Source of the DNA: a virus
Lineage: Duplodnaviria; Caudoviricetes
Strand: one strand, 5' to 3'
IMG/VR virus record: IMGVR_UViG_3300034102_001739
Span: 741-64,740 of that record
Length of the DNA: 64,000 bases
A program made the position numbers and the translations under genes. Shown here piece after piece: positions 20,112-28,960 of the stretch (positions within the stretch are counted from its first letter, which is position 1; the number at the start of each line of letters is the position of its first letter). The notes beneath the pieces are model-generated. The model was not told the origin of the DNA and did not search any database. It saw only the letters and a program-made list of their open reading frames with translations.

Positions 20112-20573
20112 TTATAGTGCCACTGGTACGATAGCCCAATCATCACAACTAGCTGTGTAGGTAGCCGTAAATTTTTCTGAACTAGCGGTATCGAAGTTAG
20201 GCATAGTAACACTGTGGAAAGCGAAGCCCTCGAATACTACTGTGAATACTTCTCTACCTTGGTGCATCTTGATAGCCGTAACTGGAAGTTTCAATCCTGT
20301 AGCCACCATTGTTGATACTAGTAACTCCATCGCTCTGTCAGTAGCATTCGCCTGATAAGAACGTGTTAGGGTCATTTCACCGAAATCTATAAGTTGGTCT
20401 GTGAACTTATATTTCTTGTTTGTACCCGCATCTACTACCTCAACAGTACCCGATTGTTTTTGTACGCCTGTGAGTGTCTCAAATAGACCATCACTGCCAA
20501 TACCCGGAAATGGAATGTTCAAGTACCACCCATTTGCCACCATTATATCTTGTGGTTTTTTTGGTTTTGCCAT
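20112..20573 (-). CDS. tail tube protein (T4 gp19/CIS-like)
   Basis: FETLTG...FGEMTLTR pattern, 153 aa, directly after the sheath. Confidence 0.85.
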   Translation of the reverse strand: MAKPKKPQDIMVANGWYLNIPFPGIGSDGLFETLTGVQKQSGTVEVVDAGTNKKYKFTDQLIDFGEMTLTRSYQANATDRAMELLVSTMVATGLKLPVTAIKMHQGREVFTVVFEGFAFHSVTMPNFDTASSEKFTATYTASCDDWAIVPVAL

Positions 20574-20575
20574 GA

Positions 20576-22282
20576 TTATTTTTCTGTTACTGTTAATACT
20601 CCGTCATTTCTGTTTAGGTTAATTTTAACCCCCTCTACTACTTCAGTAGGTATCCATTGAGCCTCGATGTTAAGGTCTTTTCTATCTTGGGTAGCTGGAT
20701 TATTTGAACTATCACAGATACCTACAAAAGCCTCCTCGAAAGGAACTGATGTTTCCAATGCTCCATTGTCGTATTCCAATTTGAAGAATGATCTTAGGTT
20801 AACAAGAGCCTCTCTACGCAATTCCACGGTATTTGGTTTTTGCTCCAAATACTTAAACAAGTTGGTCAACTGTCTAATGTAGAAAGATGTTTGTTGTCTA
20901 ATATGAACACTTTGGTACAAACTATTTGTAGAGTAAGTCCTAGAAGTGCCTACATAGAATCCTACGTTTTCCACACTCTGAATAATGTTACAAGTGAACT
21001 CTCTAACCACCTTGTTAATGGTAGATTGTTGTAAATTTTTCGGGTAAACATCTACGACTCTACTGAACATAGAATCTATACCTGCAGGTGGTATGTGAAT
21101 ATAGTTACCGTTGATATATGGAGTTCTAAGATACCCTGCGCCCAATACAGCCCCGATAGCCGGAATGAATTGTGAGTTACCTTGCGAATCCAATACTTTA
21201 ACCCAACCCAAAATTCCGGTTAAGAAACTTTTGTCGGCTGTTTGTAATTCAATAGCGAATAACTCTGCTGTACCCTCGTCAGATACAAAAGGTAGGTTGA
21301 TTAATCCAATAGCTACTTTTTTAGTTTGTACGTAGTCATTCATTACTTTTGCCATTGACAAAGAATGAAATTCTGTACAAGCCAATAACTGTACATCCAC
21401 ACCGTTAAAGGTAGCTAAACCTTTAGGCTCTGCTCCCTCTACTGGATAGAAATCTGATTCTACTACTGCTTCATCTGTACCACCTACTAGAGTTCCCTCA
21501 TAGGTAACATCTAACCGTTTTTTCATTGTTGCTGCAGTTTCACCTACAAAGGCTTTACTTTTCAATACTGCATGAGTATCGTCTGTAATTGAATCCACAG
21601 TACCTACAATTTTATCGCCGAAATAAATTACGTTACCCGGTAGTAAACTAGTCAAGAAATCTGTCCCCACACCTACTAAGGTATTTGAGCTTGTAGAGCT
21701 GGTAATAGTACCATCCAAATCCGAAAAATTTAGTTTGGTAATTTCACCACTGAAATCCACAGATACATACTTACTAACTCTGTTTACAGAATCTTGGATA
21801 AGTGCCAATGTACTATCTGCGAAAGCCTCTACTTGTGATCCGTTTTTCAATACTTTAAAATAGAAAGCATCTTTTACCGCCGAACCAAAAGAGTAGAGAA
21901 TTACTTTGATAGAATTTCCCCATGTGCCGGGGTCTTCTACACCGTGGTACGCCGCTCTTACATCCACAGTCTCACCACCTGAAAGTGTGATTACTTTTGA
22001 TGCCACTGCCGAACCCTCTCCGACTACCCTAGACAAATAAAGGGTCACTGGTGCATTACCTGCTTCGTCAAAGATACTCTTAACTACGGCTGGTCCGTAA
22101 AAACTAGAGTTTGCCCCACCAAAAAGGACGTTGAACTCTTCCAATGAGGAAATTTTCACCGCCGTACCCGGAATACCTCTATTACTCTGTAAGAGTAGTC
22201 CGATATTTCTTTTTGAGGGTTCTTTAAATGGTGAAGCTCCGTTAGAAACTCCCTCCACTATTGATAATCCTACGTTGTTCAT
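20576..22282 (-). CDS. tail sheath protein
   Basis: ISSLEEFNVLFG, LYLSRV, PGTWGN, HIPPAG, CDSSNNP, PTEVVE. Confidence 0.92.
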   Translation of the reverse strand: MNNVGLSIVEGVSNGASPFKEPSKRNIGLLLQSNRGIPGTAVKISSLEEFNVLFGGANSSFYGPAVVKSIFDEAGNAPVTLYLSRVVGEGSAVASKVITLSGGETVDVRAAYHGVEDPGTWGNSIKVILYSFGSAVKDAFYFKVLKNGSQVEAFADSTLALIQDSVNRVSKYVSVDFSGEITKLNFSDLDGTITSSTSSNTLVGVGTDFLTSLLPGNVIYFGDKIVGTVDSITDDTHAVLKSKAFVGETAATMKKRLDVTYEGTLVGGTDEAVVESDFYPVEGAEPKGLATFNGVDVQLLACTEFHSLSMAKVMNDYVQTKKVAIGLINLPFVSDEGTAELFAIELQTADKSFLTGILGWVKVLDSQGNSQFIPAIGAVLGAGYLRTPYINGNYIHIPPAGIDSMFSRVVDVYPKNLQQSTINKVVREFTCNIIQSVENVGFYVGTSRTYSTNSLYQSVHIRQQTSFYIRQLTNLFKYLEQKPNTVELRREALVNLRSFFKLEYDNGALETSVPFEEAFVGICDSSNNPATQDRKDLNIEAQWIPTEVVEGVKINLNRNDGVLTVTEK

Positions 22283-22309
22283 TAATTAATAATTTTTTTG
22301 TTTAACCCC

Positions 22310-22729
22310 TTATTTTATTAGAACGGTAAGTAGGATACCTAGTAGGACACCTCCCGAACCGTATAGAATCTTATTTATGTTGTTTGACGCTTCTTTCTTT
22401 ACAATGGCATCCTTTAAATCGCCATTTATTTTTTCCACGCCTTTAAGTTTTTTGTTTAGCTCCTCGAAGCGTTCCTCCTGTTTTACTAGTCCTACCACTA
22501 AAACATTGTTTAGAGAATCTCCAGTAATTAAGAGCCTTTTGTTTACCCTATTTACGGAGTCCATTTCTTCCATTCTGTTAAAGACTCTGTTTACTCTTAC
22601 TACCGTTTTTTTATCTAGTACTACTACTGTATCCTTTCCGTCTAACTGAATCTTCGGATAACACTCTTGTGAAAAAATCGAGTTGATACTTCCAACTACC
22701 ATTAACAATAACAGAATCCCTTTTTTCAT
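22310..22729 (-). CDS. exported coiled-coil protein with C-terminal hydrophobic anchor (spanin-like candidate)
   Basis: Signal-like N-terminus, coiled coil, C-terminal ILYGSGGVLLGILLTVLIK; overlaps the upstream ORF by 119 nt. Confidence 0.5.
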   Translation of the reverse strand: MKKGILLLLMVVGSINSIFSQECYPKIQLDGKDTVVVLDKKTVVRVNRVFNRMEEMDSVNRVNKRLLITGDSLNNVLVVGLVKQEERFEELNKKLKGVEKINGDLKDAIVKKEASNNINKILYGSGGVLLGILLTVLIK

Positions 22730-22988
22730 ACGCTTTACTGATTACTTTGACTTCTACTTTAATTTTTTCTTTTTTTGCCTTTAGTGTGTCCGCTAACACA
22801 CTATTTCTCCTTATGTCGTTGGTCAACTCTACGATGTTATCGTTTGTGTCCTGAAGTTCCGAAATCCTTTGTCTTAACTCCCTAACCTCTTGACATTTCT
22901 TATTTATAAATACCCCCACAAATATACTTATAAATACCAAAATTCCTACTAATAAAATATACTTTTTCATTTTTTCTAGTCCTCCCAA
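22611..22988 (-). CDS. N-terminal TM coiled-coil protein (i-spanin-like candidate)
   Basis: KKYILLVGILVFISIFVGVFI then a coiled coil; probable start is MKKY. Confidence 0.5.
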   Translation of the reverse strand: MGGLEKMKKYILLVGILVFISIFVGVFINKKCQEVRELRQRISELQDTNDNIVELTNDIRRNSVLADTLKAKKEKIKVEVKVISKAYEKRDSVIVNGSWKYQLDFFTRVLSEDSVRRKGYSSSTR

Positions 22989-23434
22989 TACTTAGAATCT
23001 ATCCAATAATCCAAATCTTTCCATACTCCCCCCGAAAGAATCCACCGTATCCCCTCACCATTTGATGAAAGCATCTTGATTAAACCCTGTTTTACATAGG
23101 TAGTAAAATCTCCCTCCATACGAGTAGGTACTCTTAGGTATCCAGATGGTTCTAGTCTGTGAGAACTACCTCCTAAATCTAGTTCCACCATAAAGTTTAC
23201 GATAGACACTAAAAGAGTTTCTCCGTCATCTAATGTGATTGGTGCTACTGGAAAAGGTACAGCGTCCAAATCTTCTAAGGTTACTTTCTGAGTGAACACA
23301 TTTATGTTCCTACCTGCCGAAATTATGTTGTCGGCTATGTCGGAAGATTTCACAAAGGTTCTGGCCAGAATAAAATTTCTGACTTCCTCCTCGTACCCGG
23401 ATGGGTCTATTATCGTAAATCCACAGAGTACCAT
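22976..23434 (-). CDS. hypothetical virion-module protein
   Basis: 152 aa with a Trp-rich C-terminus (GGVWKDLDYWIDSKYWED). Confidence 0.65.
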   Translation of the reverse strand: MVLCGFTIIDPSGYEEEVRNFILARTFVKSSDIADNIISAGRNINVFTQKVTLEDLDAVPFPVAPITLDDGETLLVSIVNFMVELDLGGSSHRLEPSGYLRVPTRMEGDFTTYVKQGLIKMLSSNGEGIRWILSGGVWKDLDYWIDSKYWED

Positions 23435-23436
23435 TA

Positions 23437-23607
23437 CTATTTTACTATTAAGCCCAAACCTTTTGGAATTGTAGTGTCCTTTGGAACACTCATGCTTTCT
23501 CCCCTACTTAATGGAAACACTTTTCCATCTACTACTATCTCTACTTTTCCTGTCCCCGTATTTTTTACGGTGATATTTTCTACGACAATTTTTCTCTGTT
23601 TTTTCAT
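23437..23607 (-). CDS. small hypothetical protein (56 aa, not in ORF track)
   Basis: MKKQRKIVVENITVKNTGTGKVEIVVDGKVFPLSRGESMSVP...; ATGA overlap with upstream gene, fills the gap. Confidence 0.7.
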   Translation of the reverse strand: MKKQRKIVVENITVKNTGTGKVEIVVDGKVFPLSRGESMSVPKDTTIPKGLGLIVK

Positions 23608-24182
23608 ACCTCTGATGCCTTTAGTATTATGTTTGTGATAACGTCAACCTCTTTTGGTTCATGTAGGTCAACCCATACGCTTAACTTGAACTCATAGTTT
23701 ACTTCCTGTACACCATCCATTCTAGGAATGTCCGTTGGTGATACCTTAATAGGAATTACTTCTCCTACTTCGTTATCTCCAGTGAGTCTTTTGTCCAGTA
23801 GTAAATACGTTTCAAAAAGAAATTTGCGGGTGAATAATTCCTTTAGAGCCGTAATCTCAAAATAGCTCTTAGAAGCTATACTAACATCATAGGAAAATTC
23901 CATCCACACTGGTCTCCTGTAAACTCTAGCTTGTGTACCGTCTAAAGAAATTCCGTCAGAATACTCCTTATAGTCTATGAACCATTCAGGTTTTACAGTA
24001 GGTACATGGTCATACACTGTAATACATGGGTACTTCACAGTCTCAGATTCCACAAAGTCTTTACCTGACTTTCTAGCATAGACAAAAGGGACAGCTACCA
24101 CTACCCCTCCATCTACAGTTATCTCGATATTATTGAATACCTTGAAAAACTCCTCGTTTACTTTTGACAATGAATTGAACAT
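23604..24182 (-). CDS. tail terminator/neck protein
   Basis: YPCITVYD...PVWMEFSYDVSI...FKLSVWVD; position before the sheath. Confidence 0.65.
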   Translation of the reverse strand: MFNSLSKVNEEFFKVFNNIEITVDGGVVVAVPFVYARKSGKDFVESETVKYPCITVYDHVPTVKPEWFIDYKEYSDGISLDGTQARVYRRPVWMEFSYDVSIASKSYFEITALKELFTRKFLFETYLLLDKRLTGDNEVGEVIPIKVSPTDIPRMDGVQEVNYEFKLSVWVDLHEPKEVDVITNIILKASEV

Positions 24183-24183
24183 C

Positions 24184-24627
24184 CTATTTTTTTCTCTTTA
24201 GAGATTCTCGAACTTTACTAGTTGCCTCCTCCCGATAATCTTTCCAAGTACTTCTCCATACTGGTCTAGGAGGAACTCCTCTATCTTTTATCCCATACTC
24301 ATGGACAATGGCTAACTGTTTATTGGTTAACGGTGAATCTTCTCTTACTTCGTCATTTACCGAAACTTTTGTACCCTCTCGATAAATAGCGTCTAGTAAC
24401 TGCCCACTGTCCACTAATGGTATGTTAGACCCCTTTCTTTTTATTGTTTCCTGTTTTAGTGAGTACCCGTACTTGTTAGTCTCTATGTTACTTTTTACAG
24501 TATCCATAAATTCCTCTGCTACTTGTTCTCCAACTGATAAAAGTTCCTTGCGCATTTTTTTAGCGTCTGGAAGTTTCAACCCTTTTGGCTTCTTCAGAAA
24601 ACTTTGTGGTAGTCTAGGGAATATCAT
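24184..24627 (-). CDS. neck/tail-completion protein
   Basis: TIKRKGSNIPLVDSGQL...AIVHEYG...VPPRPVW. Confidence 0.75.
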   Translation of the reverse strand: MIFPRLPQSFLKKPKGLKLPDAKKMRKELLSVGEQVAEEFMDTVKSNIETNKYGYSLKQETIKRKGSNIPLVDSGQLLDAIYREGTKVSVNDEVREDSPLTNKQLAIVHEYGIKDRGVPPRPVWRSTWKDYREEATSKVRESLKRKK

Positions 24628-24941
24628 CTTTGATGTGATTTTAGAACTGACTTATTTCTGCCCAGTTGTTTCATAGCTATCGCATAAGCTAGATTTTTAT
24701 TTACACCCTTGTCCGATTTTTTCATTCCGGCCATAATGTCTGTGGCTCTTTTGTGAAACTCTACCGTGTGTTCTCCTTTACCTACTGGTCTGGATACTCC
24801 AGCTTCGTCATACATAGACATTATTTTAGCGTGTCTTTTGGCTTTGAACTCTGAACCTTTACTAGATCCACAATCCTTACCACGCATATAGGTTACACTC
24901 TTACCGCTTTTGGTTTTTCTCGTTACCTTGTGCCTTTTCAT
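24624..24941 (-). CDS. basic protein, RxTKSGK paralog family
   Basis: MKRHKVTRKTKSGKSVTYMRG...KGSEFKAK. Confidence 0.75.
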   Translation of the reverse strand: MKRHKVTRKTKSGKSVTYMRGKDCGSSKGSEFKAKRHAKIMSMYDEAGVSRPVGKGEHTVEFHKRATDIMAGMKKSDKGVNKNLAYAIAMKQLGRNKSVLKSHQR

Positions 24942-25102
24942 TTTTTACAAGACTTTTTAGCTTTCACAGCCTCCATTTCCTTGCCTTTGTTTTTACTGCT
25001 TCCGCAGCCTTTCTTAGAACCGCAACTTTTTGAGTGACTCTTTACAGTAGTTACCTTTCCACTTTTAGTGGTTCTTTTGTGAGATTTTACGGGTGCTTTC
25101 AT
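24938..25102 (-). CDS. 54-aa highly basic protein, RxTKSGK family (not in ORF track)
   Basis: MKAPVKSHKRTTKSGKVTTVKSHSKSCGSKKGCGSSKNKGKEMEAVKAKKSCKK; ATGA-coupled to the next gene. Confidence 0.8.
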   Translation of the reverse strand: MKAPVKSHKRTTKSGKVTTVKSHSKSCGSKKGCGSSKNKGKEMEAVKAKKSCKK

Positions 25103-25104
25103 AG

Positions 25105-25275
25105 CTAGTATTCGTTGTGTTGATAAAATTCGTACATATCTCTGTATATCGTTCCCGTAGAGACAGGCTTCTTGCCCATTTTTTCTACGTCCTCTACCTC
25201 GTTTTTATTCCGGAAATCCTTTGGGACTTCCGCCCTTACGATTTTCACGTTCTCCGCTCTTGGTATAACTCCCAT
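25105..25275 (-). CDS. 56-aa hypothetical protein (not in ORF track)
   Basis: MGVIPRAENVKIVRAEVPKDF...; fills the intergenic gap. Confidence 0.65.
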   Translation of the reverse strand: MGVIPRAENVKIVRAEVPKDFRNKNEVEDVEKMGKKPVSTGTIYRDMYEFYQHNEY

Positions 25276-25278
25276 AAC

Positions 25279-25710
25279 TTAACCTCCTTTTAAATCGTCC
25301 TTTACAAATAATTGAACACCTATACAGCTATTGTATAGAGGTTCTAGGTATTCTATTTTCTGTATGACCTGTATTTTCCCTGCGAAATGTACTTTGGTCT
25401 TGTCCCAATCTAATACCTCTACGCCTAGTTTTTGTTTTAGACTTATTGGGGATAGGTAAACTACACCGTTCACTTCCTTTGGAAGACCATACTTTTCTCT
25501 AACCCTTATAGGAATTTCTCTTTCGTATAGGGCTGGAAAATTGTACAACTTTGTTTCTCTTGGTCTTTCCCCGACAAATTCAGCCATAAAAGAACTTGGA
25601 ACAGTTCCGTCTATACTGACTATCTCTAAGGATACCTCAAAAGGAACGCTAAGGAGTTTTCGATAGAATACCTCTTGATAATGGCGAAAGCGTGAATGGG
25701 TAAGAATCAT
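25279..25710 (-). CDS. head closure/neck protein (putative)
   Basis: 143 aa, beta-rich; position after the adaptor. Confidence 0.5.
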   Translation of the reverse strand: MILTHSRFRHYQEVFYRKLLSVPFEVSLEIVSIDGTVPSSFMAEFVGERPRETKLYNFPALYEREIPIRVREKYGLPKEVNGVVYLSPISLKQKLGVEVLDWDKTKVHFAGKIQVIQKIEYLEPLYNSCIGVQLFVKDDLKGG

Positions 25711-26590
25711 AATAACTTCTAAAATCTAAATCTCTGACTAACTCTACACTGCCCATGAACACATTATTCTTCCTCAACGAATAATCACCGAAATTTTCCT
25801 CTAGTAAACCTCTTAAATACATAAGAAGTTTATACCAAAATGAATATCTGTCTCCCCATGTGTTGTCTGAACCTACTCGATTGAAATCTTCTTGGAAATA
25901 TCCCTCCGTTGGATTTTCTGAAATTGAAAAAACCGAACCTATTTGAACGGACGTAACTTCTGGACCCATTACAATACCTGAACCCATATAATCTGAACCG
26001 TCTGTGTAGGATTGACTAATTGCTCCTGCTGCATTCTCGTATAACCGTCTTTTATCTACTAACTGATAAGCAACCCAAATAGCCAAATGTTTTTCTGAGG
26101 GTCTTTTTAATTTCCCCACTATTGAATCTGTAACCTCTACGTCATTAAGTTGTAGTACCCTACAATAATACCAACTAATTGTTTCTAGTATCTCCTCGTC
26201 AGAGAAGAAAAATCTGCGATAAGCTGTAAATGGTGTATCAAGGGGTTTGTCTGCCTTTATTAATGCGCTGGTAGGTTCTGTACCTCTAAAGTATGGAGTG
26301 TATGCTACTACGATATTGTCTTCTATTAGTGCGTCCATTAGTTCTTCGAGCGTTTTCACGTCCTTGAACAAATACTTTTTTGTGAGCAATGGTTCTGTTG
26401 TACTCTTTACTTCTAGGTATCCATAATCATCATCTACTGGTGGATCAGGAATTTCTTTTTTTGGAGGTGTTACAGAAACAGTGAATCCCGCTTTCTCCTT
26501 TATTGAAAAAGCGGGAATTATAAAGCGGTCGAAAGTCAACTCTCTAACCGCTGTTATAATCTCTGATACTGTTACTGGACTTTGAGCCAT
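25649..26590 (-). CDS. head-tail adaptor (putative)
   Basis: AVRELTFD...FFSDEEI adaptor-like motif; position after the capsid genes. Confidence 0.55.
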   Translation of the reverse strand: MAQSPVTVSEIITAVRELTFDRFIIPAFSIKEKAGFTVSVTPPKKEIPDPPVDDDYGYLEVKSTTEPLLTKKYLFKDVKTLEELMDALIEDNIVVAYTPYFRGTEPTSALIKADKPLDTPFTAYRRFFFSDEEILETISWYYCRVLQLNDVEVTDSIVGKLKRPSEKHLAIWVAYQLVDKRRLYENAAGAISQSYTDGSDYMGSGIVMGPEVTSVQIGSVFSISENPTEGYFQEDFNRVGSDNTWGDRYSFWYKLLMYLRGLLEENFGDYSLRKNNVFMGSVELVRDLDFRSYYDSYPFTLSPLSRGILSKTP

Positions 26591-26592
26591 TA

Positions 26593-26892
26593 TTACAATT
26601 TTATAACTTTTCCACTATTTGCAAGTACACAAGCTACTGACTCAGGTATTGACACTTCGATGCCTTTCTTTAGGTCATAGTTAACGCCTCCAATGTTGCT
26701 GGAAACTTCTGTTACGACCTTAACTTTTACTTTTTTCACCTCAGTGGCTACTGATGCCTCCTTAACGATAGCTGCCTTTTTTGCTTTAGGACCTACTGGT
26801 GTTGCCTCCACTGGAGCTACCTCTACGGAATTTTCTTTAACTTCTGGAGCAGGATTTACTTCTGCATCTACGATTTTTTCTGCGTCTGACAT
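26593..26892 (-). CDS. small capsid-associated protein
   Basis: Low-complexity N-terminus plus YDLKKG...IPESVA..L...G; directly after the capsid gene. Confidence 0.55.
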   Translation of the reverse strand: MSDAEKIVDAEVNPAPEVKENSVEVAPVEATPVGPKAKKAAIVKEASVATEVKKVKVKVVTEVSSNIGGVNYDLKKGIEVSIPESVACVLANSGKVIKL

Positions 26893-26937
26893 ATCTTTAA
26901 ATTGTATTAAGTTATTATAAAAAGGCTAAAGCCTGAC

Positions 26938-27921
26938 TTACGCAGTCAAGGCTTTAACGATATTTTTTTCTTCTATGATACCTGTTCCCCAAATACCATA
27001 CCATCCTAACGTGTGTTTACGTCCCAACTCTACTACACCGTCATCACGCAATTCTACGTCTAGGGCTACACCCCATGCGTAAGCATTTTCGCCAAAGAAT
27101 ACTGCCTCATAACCGTTGGTCGCTGAATGGCCTGCACCGTATTGAGTAGTGATTTGACCTGCTGTTAATTTAGGCATTTGTGTAGATTCGATGAAAATAC
27201 ATCCCTCATACATACCTACTTCACCGATATACAATTGGCGACGACCCATGTAGGTGTTAGCGTTAATCCACGCTGAATCATCACGTAATTGGCGCAATTG
27301 GTGTGGGTGAGCGATACATACATAATAGTCACCGTTAACTCTAGGGGCATTGTTGGTAGCTAGTACTTCAATAGCATCCTTTACAGTTTTTGTATTGAAT
27401 ACGCTAGTATCATCGAACCCGGTGATTACAGTTTCTCCATTACCGAAAACTACATTAGTAGTACCCAATACTGTATCTCTAAATTGTTTGTCCAAAGTAG
27501 TAGCCATGTTATTAGCCAATAGTTTAGAAGCATCACCTAGAACATCCAATAGAGAGGTACGCAATAGGTACTCTGTTACTTGGATTGAGTTAGCTTGCTC
27601 TTTAACTGCTACGATTACTTCTGAAGTTGTCATACCCTCTGGGGTTAGAACATCGTCTTCATCCAATGATCCACCACCTGTTAAGTTACCGTACTTAACG
27701 AATACGATTGACTTACCACGTACCGCTTGTAAATCTCTTTTTACTTTAGCGAATTGTAAGAAACGTAGTCTAGGCTGTGCTTGGAAAAGAACTTCCCGTG
27801 AATAAAAATCACGTACTGCTTGTGGGATAGCTGTGTATCCGCCTGCGTTAGCTACTGCTGATGTAGTTTCTCCGAAAGAGAAAGCCATAAACAAAGCTGA
27901 TAAAATTGATAGAATCAACAT
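26938..27921 (-). CDS. major capsid protein (HK97 fold, N4-gp56-like)
   Basis: GKSIVFVKY, YVCIAHP..LRQLRDD, GEVGMYEGCIFIES, LGWYG. Confidence 0.9.
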   Translation of the reverse strand: MLILSILSALFMAFSFGETTSAVANAGGYTAIPQAVRDFYSREVLFQAQPRLRFLQFAKVKRDLQAVRGKSIVFVKYGNLTGGGSLDEDDVLTPEGMTTSEVIVAVKEQANSIQVTEYLLRTSLLDVLGDASKLLANNMATTLDKQFRDTVLGTTNVVFGNGETVITGFDDTSVFNTKTVKDAIEVLATNNAPRVNGDYYVCIAHPHQLRQLRDDSAWINANTYMGRRQLYIGEVGMYEGCIFIESTQMPKLTAGQITTQYGAGHSATNGYEAVFFGENAYAWGVALDVELRDDGVVELGRKHTLGWYGIWGTGIIEEKNIVKALTA

Positions 27922-27942
27922 AAATTTTTAGGTTTTTGATTG

Positions 27943-28641
27943 TTATTTAAACATACTATTTAAGTCTGCCAATAGAGCTTCTCTTCGATTAGAGAACTCT
28001 TCCATTGACATACCTTTTGTGTTTGGTGTTGTCACCTCTGAAGCTGGTATCTTTGGTACCGCAGGAATAACTGGAACATTCCTAGTGATTTCTTCTTGCT
28101 CCGCCAATTGTTTTTTAATTAGTGGGTCTTCTACCTTACCTGTTGGGTTGGTAGAGTTTGCTGATGGGTATTGAGCCCGCAAACGAATACTTTCGGCTAG
28201 AGTTTGGTCTAACTCTTCCTTAGAATTACCTTTTACCAAATCTGGAATACACGCTCCCAAATTGTTGTTTATAATTTTCTCCCTATACGCTGTCAATTCG
28301 TCTTGGATACTTTTACTAGTAGCCGCTGCTACTGGTGCAACCATATCTCTGAGTTCTTTAATAGCCGGAGATAACTCTTGGACAATTTCCGATTTTAATT
28401 TCGAGATTGCTTCCGTATCCAAAGGGGCTGAAGATGGAAGCTGAACTGAACTTAATTCTGAAATTTGACCTTTTAGTTTCTCGAATTGAGAATACAATTT
28501 GTTCTTCTCAACTTTGGAAACGGCTTGAATGAAAGATAATAGTTCTGGAGTATCCTTTACGGTAAATACTTGCCCGTTTAGAGTAATTGACTCAGGGATT
28601 CCTACTACGTTCTGTGCTACTGTGGTTTGTTCTACTAACAT
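27943..28641 (-). CDS. capsid scaffolding protein (putative)
   Basis: Coiled coil, EKNKLY, IPDLVKG, C-terminal MSMEEF..RR helix; between portal and capsid. Confidence 0.7.
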   Translation of the reverse strand: MLVEQTTVAQNVVGIPESITLNGQVFTVKDTPELLSFIQAVSKVEKNKLYSQFEKLKGQISELSSVQLPSSAPLDTEAISKLKSEIVQELSPAIKELRDMVAPVAAATSKSIQDELTAYREKIINNNLGACIPDLVKGNSKEELDQTLAESIRLRAQYPSANSTNPTGKVEDPLIKKQLAEQEEITRNVPVIPAVPKIPASEVTTPNTKGMSMEEFSNRREALLADLNSMFK

Positions 28642-28673
28642 TTTCTTCGATTTTTTAGTTATAAACTTTTTTC

Positions 28674-28856
28674 TTACTTAATAAGATTGCCTACAATAGT
28701 TGCGTTGTCCGCTCCTTTGATTGTGGCTTGTGTCATTTGCTCTCTCGATACTAGAGCTTTGTCAGGTGTTCCGGGATTAACGAAACCTGCGCCTACTTTG
28801 ATTGCCTTGTCTTGGGCCACATCATGTAGAGCTTCTGGATTTTGATTAGTGTCCAT
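28674..28856 (-). CDS. small hypothetical protein
   Basis: 60 aa, first gene after the 28910 promoter. Confidence 0.6.
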   Translation of the reverse strand: MDTNQNPEALHDVAQDKAIKVGAGFVNPGTPDKALVSREQMTQATIKGADNATIVGNLIK

Positions 28857-28909
28857 AAATCTGGTGTTAAAAATTAGTGATTAAAAAATTTATTGTTTTA
28901 TACAGAGTC

Positions 28910-28941
28910 CAAAAGTACTCTATACTATCTTATTTTCCAAA
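28910..28941 (-). promoter_or_regulatory. Bacteroidota sigma-A-type promoter for the head operon
   Basis: TTTG-N20-TACTTTTG, intergenic. Confidence 0.75.
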
Positions 28942-28960
28942 TTTTTGAGTTACTTTTTTA

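Noticed and set aside
9478-22282. Stand-alone extracellular contractile injection system or tailocin
   Set aside because: Contiguous capsid, portal, terminase and replication genes show it is a phage tail
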